This document shows positions 27,943 through 38,339 of a stretch of DNA of 64,000 bases, one piece after another. Both the position numbers and the translations under genes were made by a program. Each line of letters starts with the position of its first letter. Positions within the stretch are counted from its first letter, which is position 1. The notes beneath the pieces were generated by a model. It searched no databases. It saw nothing but the letters and a program-made list of their open reading frames with translations, and was not told the DNA's origin. The stretch is from a virus, in the IMG/VR virus record IMGVR_UViG_3300012979_000038, positions 1-64,000 of that record; one strand, written 5' to 3'.

Positions 27943-30357
27943 TTATTCTTCTTCATTAATTTCTGGAATTTCTTCGTTACTTACAGGTTCTAAAGATTCA
28001 ATATTTGCTTTCCATTCGAAATCATATCCTGTCATTTGTGAAATCTTTGTAATATCTTCAAATTTACCAAGTCTTATATAATTTGTGTTAATATTTGTTG
28101 AATTTTTTGTTACGATAATTAATTGATTCAAATTATACAATAAAACATCACCAACTTCTAATTGTTTAGGTTTTTCAGATTTTTGATTCATTTCAAATTT
28201 ATGATCTAAAGTAGCAACTAAACCAATTTTTTGTTTATTATCGTTCTTATAATCTGTAAATTTCAAACCTTCCGTTTTGTTATCTTGTAAATAATCTAAA
28301 AGTGAATTTCCTGTCAAATCATCGTTAATTGTACAAACTAAAGAATCGTACAAAACATCTTCTTCGGTTGTTGTAGTTTCTCCAAATTCATCAGTAGTTT
28401 TATTAATTTGTTTCTTTATAATATCCATTTTAATGTTAAATGCATTTGGATCTAAAGTCATATCAATATATAAGTTACTATCTTCTTTAACAATATCTTC
28501 TCCATAAAGATTCAAAAGTTTTCTATAGTCTCTACGTTCAATAATTTCACTACCTAAATCATGTACTTTAATTCTACCTGTGATTTCGTTTAATTCAATA
28601 TCTTTTAATTGATACAACAATCTTAAATCTGCATTTTGCCAATCAATTCCATTTAAGTTAACATAATTAACTAAACCAGAATTTAATTTATCGGCCTTAA
28701 TTAACTCTTCTATCCAATTACTTACAAAACTATAAATAGTATCATCTGATGTTTCATTATAATTGTTTATAGTTACATTATTTAATTCTAATGTAGTTAA
28801 ATCTGCTGTTGGTGTGTATTGTAATGAATCTATAACATTTTCATTTAATACTAAAGAATTGATAGCAGTATTCAAAATTGTTAAGTTATTTAATTCTGCT
28901 TTATTAGCTAATTTAACTGATGATAAGTTTGTTCCATCAATAACCAAATTATTTAAGTTTTCTAATGTAGTAAAATCAATATCATTAGAAAGTTTTTTAC
29001 AATTCTTCAATGAAACTGATTTTAAATTAGTCAAATCAGAAATACCGTAAATGTTGGTTACTTCGCATTCATCTTCATTTCCTAAGATAAATTCTTCCAA
29101 AGTATGACCTTTTTCATCATTCCAACATGTACTTACTGTATCTTGATAATTAATCTTTTTATCATAATTTGGATTTAAATCAATAGTATCATATAAATAA
29201 GAAGAAAGTAAACTTAAATCTAATTTGGCTATTTTATGAGGAGCCATAATTCTAACTCCTTCCATAGATTCATTAGATAACGTGTTAACACTTACGAGCT
29301 CATCTGATGAACCGAAATTATGTGCTTTATTATCTAATAACGTTTCGTTTTCGTTCACTGTCACGTCAATTGGATGACTTTCTGACATTCTTACTATGAA
29401 TGAATTAGTTGATTCTGGAGTTAAACCTTTAAGATTTAATCTAATTGAGTTATTGTACCAGTTATTAAATTCTCCATCATAGTTTACTAACATATTTAAG
29501 TCAGTTTTACCGAATGAATATGTAGATGCTACAAATGAAACTTTGTTATTTAATTCATACAAGTAATAAGCAGCCATATCACCATATTGTTCAATATGAC
29601 GAGTTGCTGCTGCATTAACTTTATCAGCTAAAACAGTATATAATGAATCAAGATATTTTAATGAATATTTCGTTGTCATAACTGGTGTTTGTGTTTCGTT
29701 TCCAGTTTCTGGATCAATCTTAGTTTCAAATTGAGGAATATAAGATTGTGTTAATTCATCCCAAACTTCTGCTTGTACTGAATGTGCGTTCATTTCGTAA
29801 GATACAAAATCAGCTCCAATGTTATGAACAGCTCCAGTAAAAGTTTCTTCTAAAACAGAACCTTCACCATACCAATAATATTTTACACCATTATGTGTAA
29901 TATAATCTAATTCATTGTTATTAACATAAAATCTTTGCTTGTTATACATACTATTGTTTATAGAACGTAATCCAAGTTTTAAATCTTCTAATGCAAATAC
30001 TTTAGCATTTTCAATATTTGATGAAAGATCACCTTCATATGAATATTTAAAGTTCATATGATTAGTTGAATCTAAATAGTATTCGCTTTGTGGTTTAGCA
30101 ACAGATTTTGTAATAATGTATGAATAACCATTAACATATAAATCTGTTAAGTCATTATATTTTGGAGTTGTTTCAACAAAAACTTCTTTAGACAAATTAC
30201 TCCAAACGGAATCATTTGTTAAAGTTTTTGTTAAAACTCCAAGATATTCATCTTCATAATTATATTCACGATTTTCTAAAGCTAAAGCAGTATCTAATGA
30301 ATTACTTCCTGTGAAAATCATGATTGATGATGTGTCTTTTATATCGATTGTTTTCAT
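27943..30357 (-). CDS. leucine-rich-repeat tail fibre-like protein
   Basis: 804 aa. LRR-like segment LENLNNLVIDGTNLSSVKLANKAELNNLTILNTAINSLVLNEN. Confidence 0.5.
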   Translation of the reverse strand: MKTIDIKDTSSIMIFTGSNSLDTALALENREYNYEDEYLGVLTKTLTNDSVWSNLSKEVFVETTPKYNDLTDLYVNGYSYIITKSVAKPQSEYYLDSTNHMNFKYSYEGDLSSNIENAKVFALEDLKLGLRSINNSMYNKQRFYVNNNELDYITHNGVKYYWYGEGSVLEETFTGAVHNIGADFVSYEMNAHSVQAEVWDELTQSYIPQFETKIDPETGNETQTPVMTTKYSLKYLDSLYTVLADKVNAAATRHIEQYGDMAAYYLYELNNKVSFVASTYSFGKTDLNMLVNYDGEFNNWYNNSIRLNLKGLTPESTNSFIVRMSESHPIDVTVNENETLLDNKAHNFGSSDELVSVNTLSNESMEGVRIMAPHKIAKLDLSLLSSYLYDTIDLNPNYDKKINYQDTVSTCWNDEKGHTLEEFILGNEDECEVTNIYGISDLTNLKSVSLKNCKKLSNDIDFTTLENLNNLVIDGTNLSSVKLANKAELNNLTILNTAINSLVLNENVIDSLQYTPTADLTTLELNNVTINNYNETSDDTIYSFVSNWIEELIKADKLNSGLVNYVNLNGIDWQNADLRLLYQLKDIELNEITGRIKVHDLGSEIIERRDYRKLLNLYGEDIVKEDSNLYIDMTLDPNAFNIKMDIIKKQINKTTDEFGETTTTEEDVLYDSLVCTINDDLTGNSLLDYLQDNKTEGLKFTDYKNDNKQKIGLVATLDHKFEMNQKSEKPKQLEVGDVLLYNLNQLIIVTKNSTNINTNYIRLGKFEDITKISQMTGYDFEWKANIESLEPVSNEEIPEINEEE

Positions 30358-30381
30358 AATTTAATTCTCAGTATATATTTG

Positions 30382-33300
30382 TTATTCATTAGGTTGTTCT
30401 TCTGGTGCTTCTTCTACAATTTTATCAACAACTGTTACAGAAATAGTTTTTGAAACATTTGAACCGTCTGTTGATGTTACTGTAATAATAGCTTCACCTA
30501 ATTTTTTAGCTCTAATTAAACCATTATCTTCTACTTCAACTATTTCTGGATCTGATGAAATCCATTTTAAAATTTGATTTGTAGTATCTGCAGGTTTAAC
30601 TTCTGCCATGATATAATCAGTGTTATCTAAAATAATAGTTATATTTTCTGAACCATCATGTAAAATGATTTCTTCAGTTTTAATAGAAACTGATAATAGA
30701 ATTGAAATAGTTACCGCTGCAGAGTCTTTTGATGTAGCAGAAATAATTGTTTTACCTTCTGCTCTACAAGAAATACGACCGTTAGCATCAATTGTAGCAA
30801 CTGATAAGTTAGAGCTATTCCATGTTACTTCTTGTACAGATGGATTATCTTCTCCATAAACTATCTTCATTGGAATAATATCTCCAACGAATCCAGACAT
30901 ATTAAACTTATCTACATATCCTTCAAAGTTCATATCATTAACAGGAATAGTAATTAACATATCGTTAGATGAATAAACATTTGTACCATCTTCTGCAATA
31001 AATGATATTGTTGTTGAACCAGAAGCAATAGCTTTAACATAACCAGTATATTTATTTGTTGTTCCTTCAACCAATTGTGGTGTTGAATATTCAACAACTG
31101 ATGTATCAGAAACGTTCATTAAAATTCTCTTATTATCAGCATTTTCTGGAAGTACTTCAACTTCATAGTTATTAGTTAAACCAATATCAAGTTTAGAATC
31201 CAAACCAGTAACGTTAATAGAATTAACACCAACTTCAACTTTAACATCAATAGAATCTGAAAGGTTTGTACCGTCAATTGTTGTAGCTGTTAATGTTACA
31301 GTACCGCTAGCCTTAGGAGTATACTCTCCATTTGGTTGAATATCAATGATTGAAGTATCTGAAGAAGTATAAATTAATTTTTGTTCTGTTGCATTTTCTG
31401 GAAGAATGATACAATTCAATTTATCTTTAATACCGATAAATCCGTAATTCTTAGAATTGATTTGAATTGATTCAACAGGAATAGCAATAAGAACATCTAT
31501 AGTTTTTCTTGCATCAAATCCATCGTTTGCGATTGCTGAAATTGTACATGTACCAGTTTTATAATTTCCTTTATCATCTTTCTTAGGAGTTACTAATCCA
31601 TTAGCATCAATGTTAACCATTTCATTATCGGATGCTTCCCAAGTAATAGAACCATCAGAAACTACTTCAGGAACTGTTGTATAATCTAATTGGAATGAAC
31701 CTCCTGGATATAAGTTTATAACATTAGTATTTGTATTAATTTGTTCAACTGGAGTAACAATTTTTAATCTTAATGTATCTGAAACTCTATTATTTTGTTT
31801 AGATGTAAGTTTAATTGAAGTTTCTGTTGTTATTTCATTAGAATTAACTGCAGCAATTCTTCCATCTTCGAAAACAGTAATAACAGAATCATCGTATTCC
31901 ATAGTCATATCAAATACGTTTGCATTTGATGGACTATAATTTAGCTTAATATTTTTAACAGTATTTTTCTTTAATACGATGTTATTATCTTCAAATTCAA
32001 TTGATGATAAATAAATAGGATCTACTGTTTCAACTTCTGATTTTTCTATATCATTAAAAATAAGAAGAATAGTTTCATCTTCATTAATTGTAATATATTC
32101 AGCTTCAACCCAGAATGGAACATTAATTCTAGTATATTCATAGTCCCAAACTTCGTTGCCATCTTCTCCAACTGAACTAACCATTCGTCTAGTATAATAT
32201 TGACGATTATCGTCATAAATATAATAAATAATAGAGAAGTTATTTAATGATTCAGAAGTAGATGCGTAGAATTCGTCACGTACAGTTTTTACATGAGTAT
32301 AATGTGTAAAAGTATTAACGTTTGAACCTTTATCGTATTCTACAACGATATATTCTTCGAACGAATCTGTATCAATATCTTCTAAACTATTTACTTCTAC
32401 CCATAGTCCTGATTCATTTTTAAAATATCTTATAGGTTTCTTTTCTAAGAATGCTTCTATATTATCTATATAAACATATTCTCCATTTACTAATGTATAA
32501 TACATTGTAAATCCTGAGAAATCAATATCGTTTTTATCTAAAATTCTTTTATATTCATCAGAACCAATTTGTGCATATACATTAAGAGCTAATTCTGAAG
32601 CATCTAAATTATAATCGTAAGTTTTTGTGATTTTATCCCAATAAACTTTAACGTCGCAATCTGCATCATTTAAATGATATGTAAATGTTCTGTTACCAGT
32701 TCCATCTACTGTAATTAAATCATAATTTTCTCCATTCTTAACATAAAGAGGAGAACCATCTGTTAATTGCGCAGATGTTGCTTCAAAATAACCTGCTAAT
32801 GCGCCAAGATAAATATCGTTCCATAAGTCGCAATAAATAGAATCGTAAGCACCGCTGAAGTGATTCAAAACAAAATATTCCGTAGAACCTGATGATTCAT
32901 ATGTCCAATATTTTAAATAAAGTTTATGAATAGCTGGATCTGCGTTAAATAAAAGAACTTCTTGATTATCTTCTTCTGAAATAAATTCTGCATCAATAAA
33001 AATCATATTTCTGAATAAAAGTTGATACTTTTCATCAGTCATATAAGTTTCAGTCATTTCTTTTAATACATTTTCTATTTCAATACCTTGTTGAGCTGAT
33101 AATACTTTTTCAGCATCATCTGTATCAGTATCATTAACAATCATAAGGTATTTTTCTGATCTATTATAATCAAGAGCAGGAGCATCACCTTTATCTCCTC
33201 TAATACCCTTTTCTCCTTGTACACCTTTATCACCTTGAGGACCGTTAAAAACTCCCAAAACTAATGAAGAACCATCTTTTAAAACAACTTCAAATAATTG

Positions 33301-33480
33301 TGGTTTATTATCTTCAAAAGTTTCTGTTTGAATAATATTTTCAATTCTTGTTTGATTAATATTATCCAAAGAAGTTTTATAGTTTTTCTTATTGTGAGCT
33401 AATAATACTTGGGCATTAGAAAGCAGACCTGGCAATGTAGATAAATCTGTTATCTTTGTGATTTTATTATAATTTGCCAT
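30382..33480 (-). CDS. collagen-like / Big_2 (Ig-like) repeat fibre protein
   Basis: 1032 aa. G-x-y run GPQGDKGVQGEKGIRGDKGD. Several Big_2-like repeats near the C-terminus, for example LGEAIITVTSTDGSNVSKTISVTVV. Confidence 0.6.
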   Translation of the reverse strand: MANYNKITKITDLSTLPGLLSNAQVLLAHNKKNYKTSLDNINQTRIENIIQTETFEDNKPQLFEVVLKDGSSLVLGVFNGPQGDKGVQGEKGIRGDKGDAPALDYNRSEKYLMIVNDTDTDDAEKVLSAQQGIEIENVLKEMTETYMTDEKYQLLFRNMIFIDAEFISEEDNQEVLLFNADPAIHKLYLKYWTYESSGSTEYFVLNHFSGAYDSIYCDLWNDIYLGALAGYFEATSAQLTDGSPLYVKNGENYDLITVDGTGNRTFTYHLNDADCDVKVYWDKITKTYDYNLDASELALNVYAQIGSDEYKRILDKNDIDFSGFTMYYTLVNGEYVYIDNIEAFLEKKPIRYFKNESGLWVEVNSLEDIDTDSFEEYIVVEYDKGSNVNTFTHYTHVKTVRDEFYASTSESLNNFSIIYYIYDDNRQYYTRRMVSSVGEDGNEVWDYEYTRINVPFWVEAEYITINEDETILLIFNDIEKSEVETVDPIYLSSIEFEDNNIVLKKNTVKNIKLNYSPSNANVFDMTMEYDDSVITVFEDGRIAAVNSNEITTETSIKLTSKQNNRVSDTLRLKIVTPVEQINTNTNVINLYPGGSFQLDYTTVPEVVSDGSITWEASDNEMVNIDANGLVTPKKDDKGNYKTGTCTISAIANDGFDARKTIDVLIAIPVESIQINSKNYGFIGIKDKLNCIILPENATEQKLIYTSSDTSIIDIQPNGEYTPKASGTVTLTATTIDGTNLSDSIDVKVEVGVNSINVTGLDSKLDIGLTNNYEVEVLPENADNKRILMNVSDTSVVEYSTPQLVEGTTNKYTGYVKAIASGSTTISFIAEDGTNVYSSNDMLITIPVNDMNFEGYVDKFNMSGFVGDIIPMKIVYGEDNPSVQEVTWNSSNLSVATIDANGRISCRAEGKTIISATSKDSAAVTISILLSVSIKTEEIILHDGSENITIILDNTDYIMAEVKPADTTNQILKWISSDPEIVEVEDNGLIRAKKLGEAIITVTSTDGSNVSKTISVTVVDKIVEEAPEEQPNE

Positions 33481-33510
33481 TTGTATAATATTGTTAAATT
33501 ATTTTTGTGT

Positions 33511-33684
33511 TTAGTTAGCCCATCCGTTATTATTTGACCAAGACTTATCGTTTATCCAATAACCACGACCAAAACATGAACGAACGTATTGCCAAATAAG
33601 TTTAGTACCTTGATAGATGGTAGCTAAATGTCTTTTTCCTTTATAAATGGTATTAATAACTCTATCTTTTACATATAATGCCAT
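33511..33684 (-). CDS. small Trp-rich hypothetical protein (57 aa)
   Basis: ORF MALYVKDRVINTIYKGKRHLATIYQGTKLIWQYVRSCFGRGYWINDKSWSNNNGWAN fills an otherwise empty 230-nt gap; below the 60-aa threshold of the ORF track. Confidence 0.3.
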   Translation of the reverse strand: MALYVKDRVINTIYKGKRHLATIYQGTKLIWQYVRSCFGRGYWINDKSWSNNNGWAN

Positions 33685-33709
33685 AATTTAAAATTAAAAG
33701 ATATATTTG

Positions 33710-34255
33710 TTATTCTCCCTCCTCAAAAATCATGTATTTAACATTATCTTTGATTTTACCATCTGCTAATAATGCGTCGTATTCAGCTTGACTGTTTAGA
33801 TAAACTTCTTCAAGTTCTTCAAGCTTATTACCAAGTATTACACCTTGAGCTGCACTCAAGATTAATTGAGATAATTCATCAGAAGACAATTCTCCAGCTT
33901 CCAATGAATTATAAATTAAATCGTTTACATCAGTATTATAAATAGCTATACCAGTGTCACCTTTAACACCTTTATCACCTTGTTCACCTTTATCACCGGT
34001 AGAACCTTTTGAACCATTATAAACTGAAAATTCGTAATTTACTTCTTCTTCACCAGTACCAACTGTAAATGTGATAGGATTGTTTTTACCATCACCTGGA
34101 TTTAACTTCTGTTGAATATTCTTGATTGCATTACCTGTCAATGCAGATACTGGAACTTTATAAGATTTTCCATTATAAGCAACCATGATAAATTCTTCAC
34201 CAGAAAAGTTATTTAACACTGGGAAAGAAGATATTTTTCTTCCTACTAAAGCCAT
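33710..34255 (-). CDS. collagen-like repeat protein
   Basis: GSKGSTGDKGEQGDKGVKGDTG G-x-y repeats. Confidence 0.5.
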   Translation of the reverse strand: MALVGRKISSFPVLNNFSGEEFIMVAYNGKSYKVPVSALTGNAIKNIQQKLNPGDGKNNPITFTVGTGEEEVNYEFSVYNGSKGSTGDKGEQGDKGVKGDTGIAIYNTDVNDLIYNSLEAGELSSDELSQLILSAAQGVILGNKLEELEEVYLNSQAEYDALLADGKIKDNVKYMIFEEGE

Positions 34256-34292
34256 AATTAAATTTTTAAAATATTTTTATCGTTTGTGTGTT

Positions 34293-34499
34293 TTAATCTT
34301 CATAATCTACATATTCCATTACAATAACGGAATCCTTTTCTTCATTGGTTAAAAAACCATTGTTATCCTCTGTAAAAACAAGAATTTTATCTGATTCATT
34401 GGCTTGCATCCAATTGTCAAGAATTTGTTCTTGTTTTTCTAAACTTCTATTTTCTTCTCTATATATAAATACAGGATTTATCGTAATTTTTTTAGCCAT
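34293..34499 (-). CDS. hypothetical protein
   Basis: 68-aa ORF. Confidence 0.35.
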   Translation of the reverse strand: MAKKITINPVFIYREENRSLEKQEQILDNWMQANESDKILVFTEDNNGFLTNEEKDSVIVMEYVDYED

Positions 34500-34584
34500 G
34501 AGTGTGAACGTATATTAATTTATTAAAAATAAAATTATAGGCAAATGATAAAAATGATTTTTTGTTTAATTTTTTTATTTTATT

Positions 34585-34632
34585 TTTGAAATCATTTTTT
34601 TAGCTTACTATATTACTTTATTAGTTATAAAA
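34585..34632 (+). promoter_or_regulatory. class A promoter-like motif upstream of the sigma factor gene
   Basis: TTTGAAATCATTTTTTTAGCTTACTATATTACTTTATTAGTTATAAAA. Confidence 0.5.
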
Positions 34633-34635
34633 CTC

Positions 34636-34666
34636 GTCTGGGCAGTTTGCGCCCTTTGGCATAGAC
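34636..34666 (+). promoter_or_regulatory. GC-rich hairpin in the sigma-factor leader
   Basis: GTCTGGGCAGTTTGCGCCCTTTGGCATAGAC in a ~30% GC genome, between the promoter motif and the ATG at 34696. Confidence 0.4.
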
Positions 34667-34695
34667 CATAAATATATGAGTTGTAAAAAACTAAA

Positions 34696-35901
34696 ATGGC
34701 AAGAAAAAGTGTAACTTTAAGTAAAACATCAGAAAAGAAACTAGTATCGTTTTTAAAACACAATCAAGAATATATAACTGAAGAATTTGAAACAAAATTT
34801 AGGGAACAAGTTATATATGACATTAAAAATATTAGAGAATGCTCCGAAAAGAAAATCGTTGATTTTTATTGTGAAGTAGCAAAATCAATGTTAGAATCTG
34901 GAGAAGTCAATTTCAATGACGAATTCTTTAATACTCTCAAAAATAAAGTTAGATCTAAATTATCTCAAGTTTATACATCAGGTAAAACATTCGATAATAA
35001 TATCGACATTTATTTTAATGAGGTAAAATCTATCTATATTAAAAATCCTCAAAACGAATCAGATGGACTTGAGTTTATTCCAGAAAACAGAGACATTTTC
35101 ATTAAAAACAATTTGAAGTTAGTTATTGAATGTGCTAAACGTTATCGTGATCTCGGTTTACCATTCGAAGATTTAATTCAAGTTGGAAATTATGGTTTAT
35201 TAATTGCATTTGATAAATTTGATACTGATAGAGCAAATTTACGTATTGCGATTATGAACGATATTAAAAATTCAGCTACAGAAACATTTACTAAATTAGA
35301 AGCTGAAGAAATCATTCGCAAAAATTTCACTTATTCTAAAAACTTAGAACAAACAATAAATTCTATTCCAGAAAATGGATTTGAATCAAAGGAAAAATTT
35401 ATTGAGTGGTCTAAGGTAAATATCAAAACAGCAGTATTCGCTTCAGTGGCTTTCCAATGGATTAGAGCAAATATCATTATTGAGCTCAATAAATATGGAA
35501 AGATCTTAAAAATTCCAAATTCAGTTAAAAATGATTTAGGTGCAGCGTCAATCATAAGATTGGATTCGTTGAACCCATATACTGATGATTGTTATCATGA
35601 TAATCAAATTTCAGATTACATTAATAATGAATTTAAAACTGAATATGAATTATATGATGAACAAGAACAAGAAGAATTATACAAAGAAACTGTAGAAGAT
35701 CTTTTATCTATTTTAAACAATCAAGAACGTCGTATTATTAAAAAGAAGTTTGGAATAGATTATCCGTATGAAATGAGTCCTAATGATATTGCAGAGAACG
35801 AAGGATTACCTGTTAATAAAGTAAAACAGATAATTAATTCATCAATGAAAAAATTATCTAACGAAGCTAATAGAAGCGGAAAGAAATCTATCTTTTCGTA
35901 A
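34696..35901 (+). CDS. sigma-70 family RNA polymerase sigma factor
   Basis: Region 2.2 DLIQVGNYGLLIAFDKFD, region 2.4 FQWIRANII, region 4 HTH ERRIIKKKFGIDYPYEMSPNDIAENEGLPVNKVKQI. Confidence 0.8.
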   Translation: MARKSVTLSKTSEKKLVSFLKHNQEYITEEFETKFREQVIYDIKNIRECSEKKIVDFYCEVAKSMLESGEVNFNDEFFNTLKNKVRSKLSQVYTSGKTFDNNIDIYFNEVKSIYIKNPQNESDGLEFIPENRDIFIKNNLKLVIECAKRYRDLGLPFEDLIQVGNYGLLIAFDKFDTDRANLRIAIMNDIKNSATETFTKLEAEEIIRKNFTYSKNLEQTINSIPENGFESKEKFIEWSKVNIKTAVFASVAFQWIRANIIIELNKYGKILKIPNSVKNDLGAASIIRLDSLNPYTDDCYHDNQISDYINNEFKTEYELYDEQEQEELYKETVEDLLSILNNQERRIIKKKFGIDYPYEMSPNDIAENEGLPVNKVKQIINSSMKKLSNEANRSGKKSIFS

Positions 35902-35948
35902 TCAAAAATTTATATTTTTAAATAAGAAATAAAGTTTAATTAAACAAT

Positions 35949-37751
35949 ATGGTTTTTGGAAATTTTAATGATGTGATGGAAGGTGAAAAACAATTATATG
36001 AAGCTTTGCAAGATAATTTATTCACCAATTCAATAAGAAATTCACAGATATCCGTAAATAATAAGAAACAATCTGCTTGGTCAAAACTATTAAACCTTTT
36101 ATCTCAATACGGTATGAATTATGATGACCAAGTATTAAGAAATATGTCTGCTATTCCAGCGGATAAAGCTCTTCAAAATAAAGAGGATGTAATGTTACAA
36201 AACTCTATGTATGGAGCTTTAAATAACTGGAAGGTTAAGGCGGAAGAAGACAAGGCATTTTCAGAAAAGACGTTGGAACAACGTCGTCAAATGTTAAGAA
36301 AGCTTTCACAAGCAACAGAACTTGAAGATATTCTTGACGTTATGGCAAATGAATGTATTGTTTATGATGATGACGAATCATATATTGGACAACCATTTAT
36401 TGATACTGGTTTAACACAAGATTTAACAGAAAAATCTACAGAAGAAATTCGTAACTGTGTTAACATGGCATTCTATAAATTGTATATGTTATTAGGATGG
36501 AAAACTTCTGCATGGGACGATTTTAAACGATTCCTAATCGATGGTGTATTAGCATATGAAATTGTTTATGATGATTTGGAACATCCAAAAACAATCATCG
36601 GTATTATTGATGTTGACCCAGTAACATTAACAAAAGAAGTTAAAGACGGTACAACAACATGGGTACAATATAAAGGTGTACAAGGACGTGAAAGAGTTTT
36701 ATTGGATGCTCAAATAATTTATATTAAATATGAAGATTCTGGTGTATCTGAAAGACAATCGTATCTTGAACGTTTAATTCGTCCATTTAATTTGTACCGT
36801 ATTGTAGAACAAGCACAAATTATTTGGACAGTAACTCAAGCATCATTTAAAACTTTGTTCACAATACCTATTAGTGGTATGAATAAAGCTAAGGGTATGC
36901 AAACGCTTTCTCAAGCAATGAATAGATATCGTGAAGATATTTCATTCAATGGAGAAACTGGTGAACTTCAAATTAATGGTAAAACTAATCTTCCATTTAA
37001 CAAAGAATATTGGATGCCAGAAAATGAAAATGGTAAACCAGAAATCGAAACACTTGTAGATAATGGTCCACAACTTAATGATTCTGACCAAATCAAGTAT
37101 TTTGAGGCAAAACTTTATAAAATGTCAAAAATTCCAAGTTCACGTTTTGATAAAGAAGCACAAACAACTTGGTTTGGATCAGATGCAACTCAACAAATGA
37201 GAGATGAAATTAACTTTGGACGTTTTGTATCTCGTTTAAGAAATACTTTCGTACAAATTATTCTTAAACCTTTACGTATTCAAGTTGCATTAACAGTTCC
37301 AGATATTAAGAATGATAAACGTATTCTTGATGCTATTTCATTTAGATTCAATACTTACAATCAGTTTACTGAAATGATGGATATTGAAATAATGACAAAA
37401 CGAGTTGAATTTATTGGAACAATGAAAGATTCATTAACTGTAATTGATTCTGATGGTGAAGAAAAACCATTCTTCTCACCAAAATTCTTAATTATTAAGT
37501 ATTTGAAGATGTCAGAAGCTGATTTAGAATTGAACGAAAAATATAAACTAGAAGAAAAAATTGCTTCCCAAAAGAGTGGAGATTCTGAATCAGAAGGAGA
37601 TGAAGGAGGAGACGATACTGATTTAATGGGAGGAGATGAAGGAGGAGATGAAGGAGGTTCTCCTGAAAAAGAAACTGATGGTGGAGGTGATTTAGATTCA
37701 GAAATGTTAGGAGACGTTCAACCAGAATCTACAGAAACTACAGAAGCTTAA
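35949..37751 (+). CDS. portal protein (T4 gp20-like)
   Basis: Segment YRIVEQAQIIWTVT...NKEYWMPENENGKPEIETLVDNGPQLND parallels T4 gp20 YRITRAPDRRVWYVDT...[24 protein letters not shown]. Acidic Gly/Asp/Glu-rich C-terminal tail as in gp20. Confidence 0.65.
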   Translation: MVFGNFNDVMEGEKQLYEALQDNLFTNSIRNSQISVNNKKQSAWSKLLNLLSQYGMNYDDQVLRNMSAIPADKALQNKEDVMLQNSMYGALNNWKVKAEEDKAFSEKTLEQRRQMLRKLSQATELEDILDVMANECIVYDDDESYIGQPFIDTGLTQDLTEKSTEEIRNCVNMAFYKLYMLLGWKTSAWDDFKRFLIDGVLAYEIVYDDLEHPKTIIGIIDVDPVTLTKEVKDGTTTWVQYKGVQGRERVLLDAQIIYIKYEDSGVSERQSYLERLIRPFNLYRIVEQAQIIWTVTQASFKTLFTIPISGMNKAKGMQTLSQAMNRYREDISFNGETGELQINGKTNLPFNKEYWMPENENGKPEIETLVDNGPQLNDSDQIKYFEAKLYKMSKIPSSRFDKEAQTTWFGSDATQQMRDEINFGRFVSRLRNTFVQIILKPLRIQVALTVPDIKNDKRILDAISFRFNTYNQFTEMMDIEIMTKRVEFIGTMKDSLTVIDSDGEEKPFFSPKFLIIKYLKMSEADLELNEKYKLEEKIASQKSGDSESEGDEGGDDTDLMGGDEGGDEGGSPEKETDGGGDLDSEMLGDVQPESTETTEA

Positions 37752-37757
37752 TAAAAT

Positions 37758-38339
37758 ATGAAAACACTTAAAGATTACATATTAGAGAAAAGTTGGGATA
37801 AATATCAACAAGGTGTTTATCCCGACGATTCTATTAAAAGCGCTATTTATGATTATGTAAGTGGTATGACAAGCGGAGTAAATTATGACCTCCGAAAAGG
37901 AAATACCAGAGGTTCTAAAAAAGTTATTGATAAATTGGATTCTGCTTTTAAAGATGCAAACTATGCAGATGGTAAAATATTAAATGTTTGGAGAACTGTT
38001 GACTGGGATTATATGAAAAATATATACGGTGCAACTAGAGAAAACATAAAAGATTTTGTTGGAAAAACTTTTGAGAATAAAGGTTATATGTCAACAACGA
38101 AGAAGTTTGGTTCACCTTGGGGTAAAAGTTGGATGAAAGATGATTTGGTTATGCATATTACTTCAAAAGATCCTTATCCAGTTTTAGATATAAATAGAAT
38201 TTTTAAATCATCTGAAATAGATTGTGCTGACCAAGAAGAGTATTTATTACCAAGAAGTACTAAATTGGTTTTGAAAAAAATATCTTATCATAGAAATAAA
38301 CATAAAACCATCGAATTAGAGATGGAAATTGAATCATGA
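37758..38339 (+). CDS. mono-ADP-ribosyltransferase (C3/Alt-like) with CTS-like N-terminus
   Basis: R-S-E triad: YDLRKG (Arg), GYMSTTK (STS motif), QEEYLLPRST (Q-x-E followed by LLPR as in C3 exoenzyme QLEMLLPR). N-terminus MKTLKDYILEK. Confidence 0.75.
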   Translation: MKTLKDYILEKSWDKYQQGVYPDDSIKSAIYDYVSGMTSGVNYDLRKGNTRGSKKVIDKLDSAFKDANYADGKILNVWRTVDWDYMKNIYGATRENIKDFVGKTFENKGYMSTTKKFGSPWGKSWMKDDLVMHITSKDPYPVLDINRIFKSSEIDCADQEEYLLPRSTKLVLKKISYHRNKHKTIELEMEIES

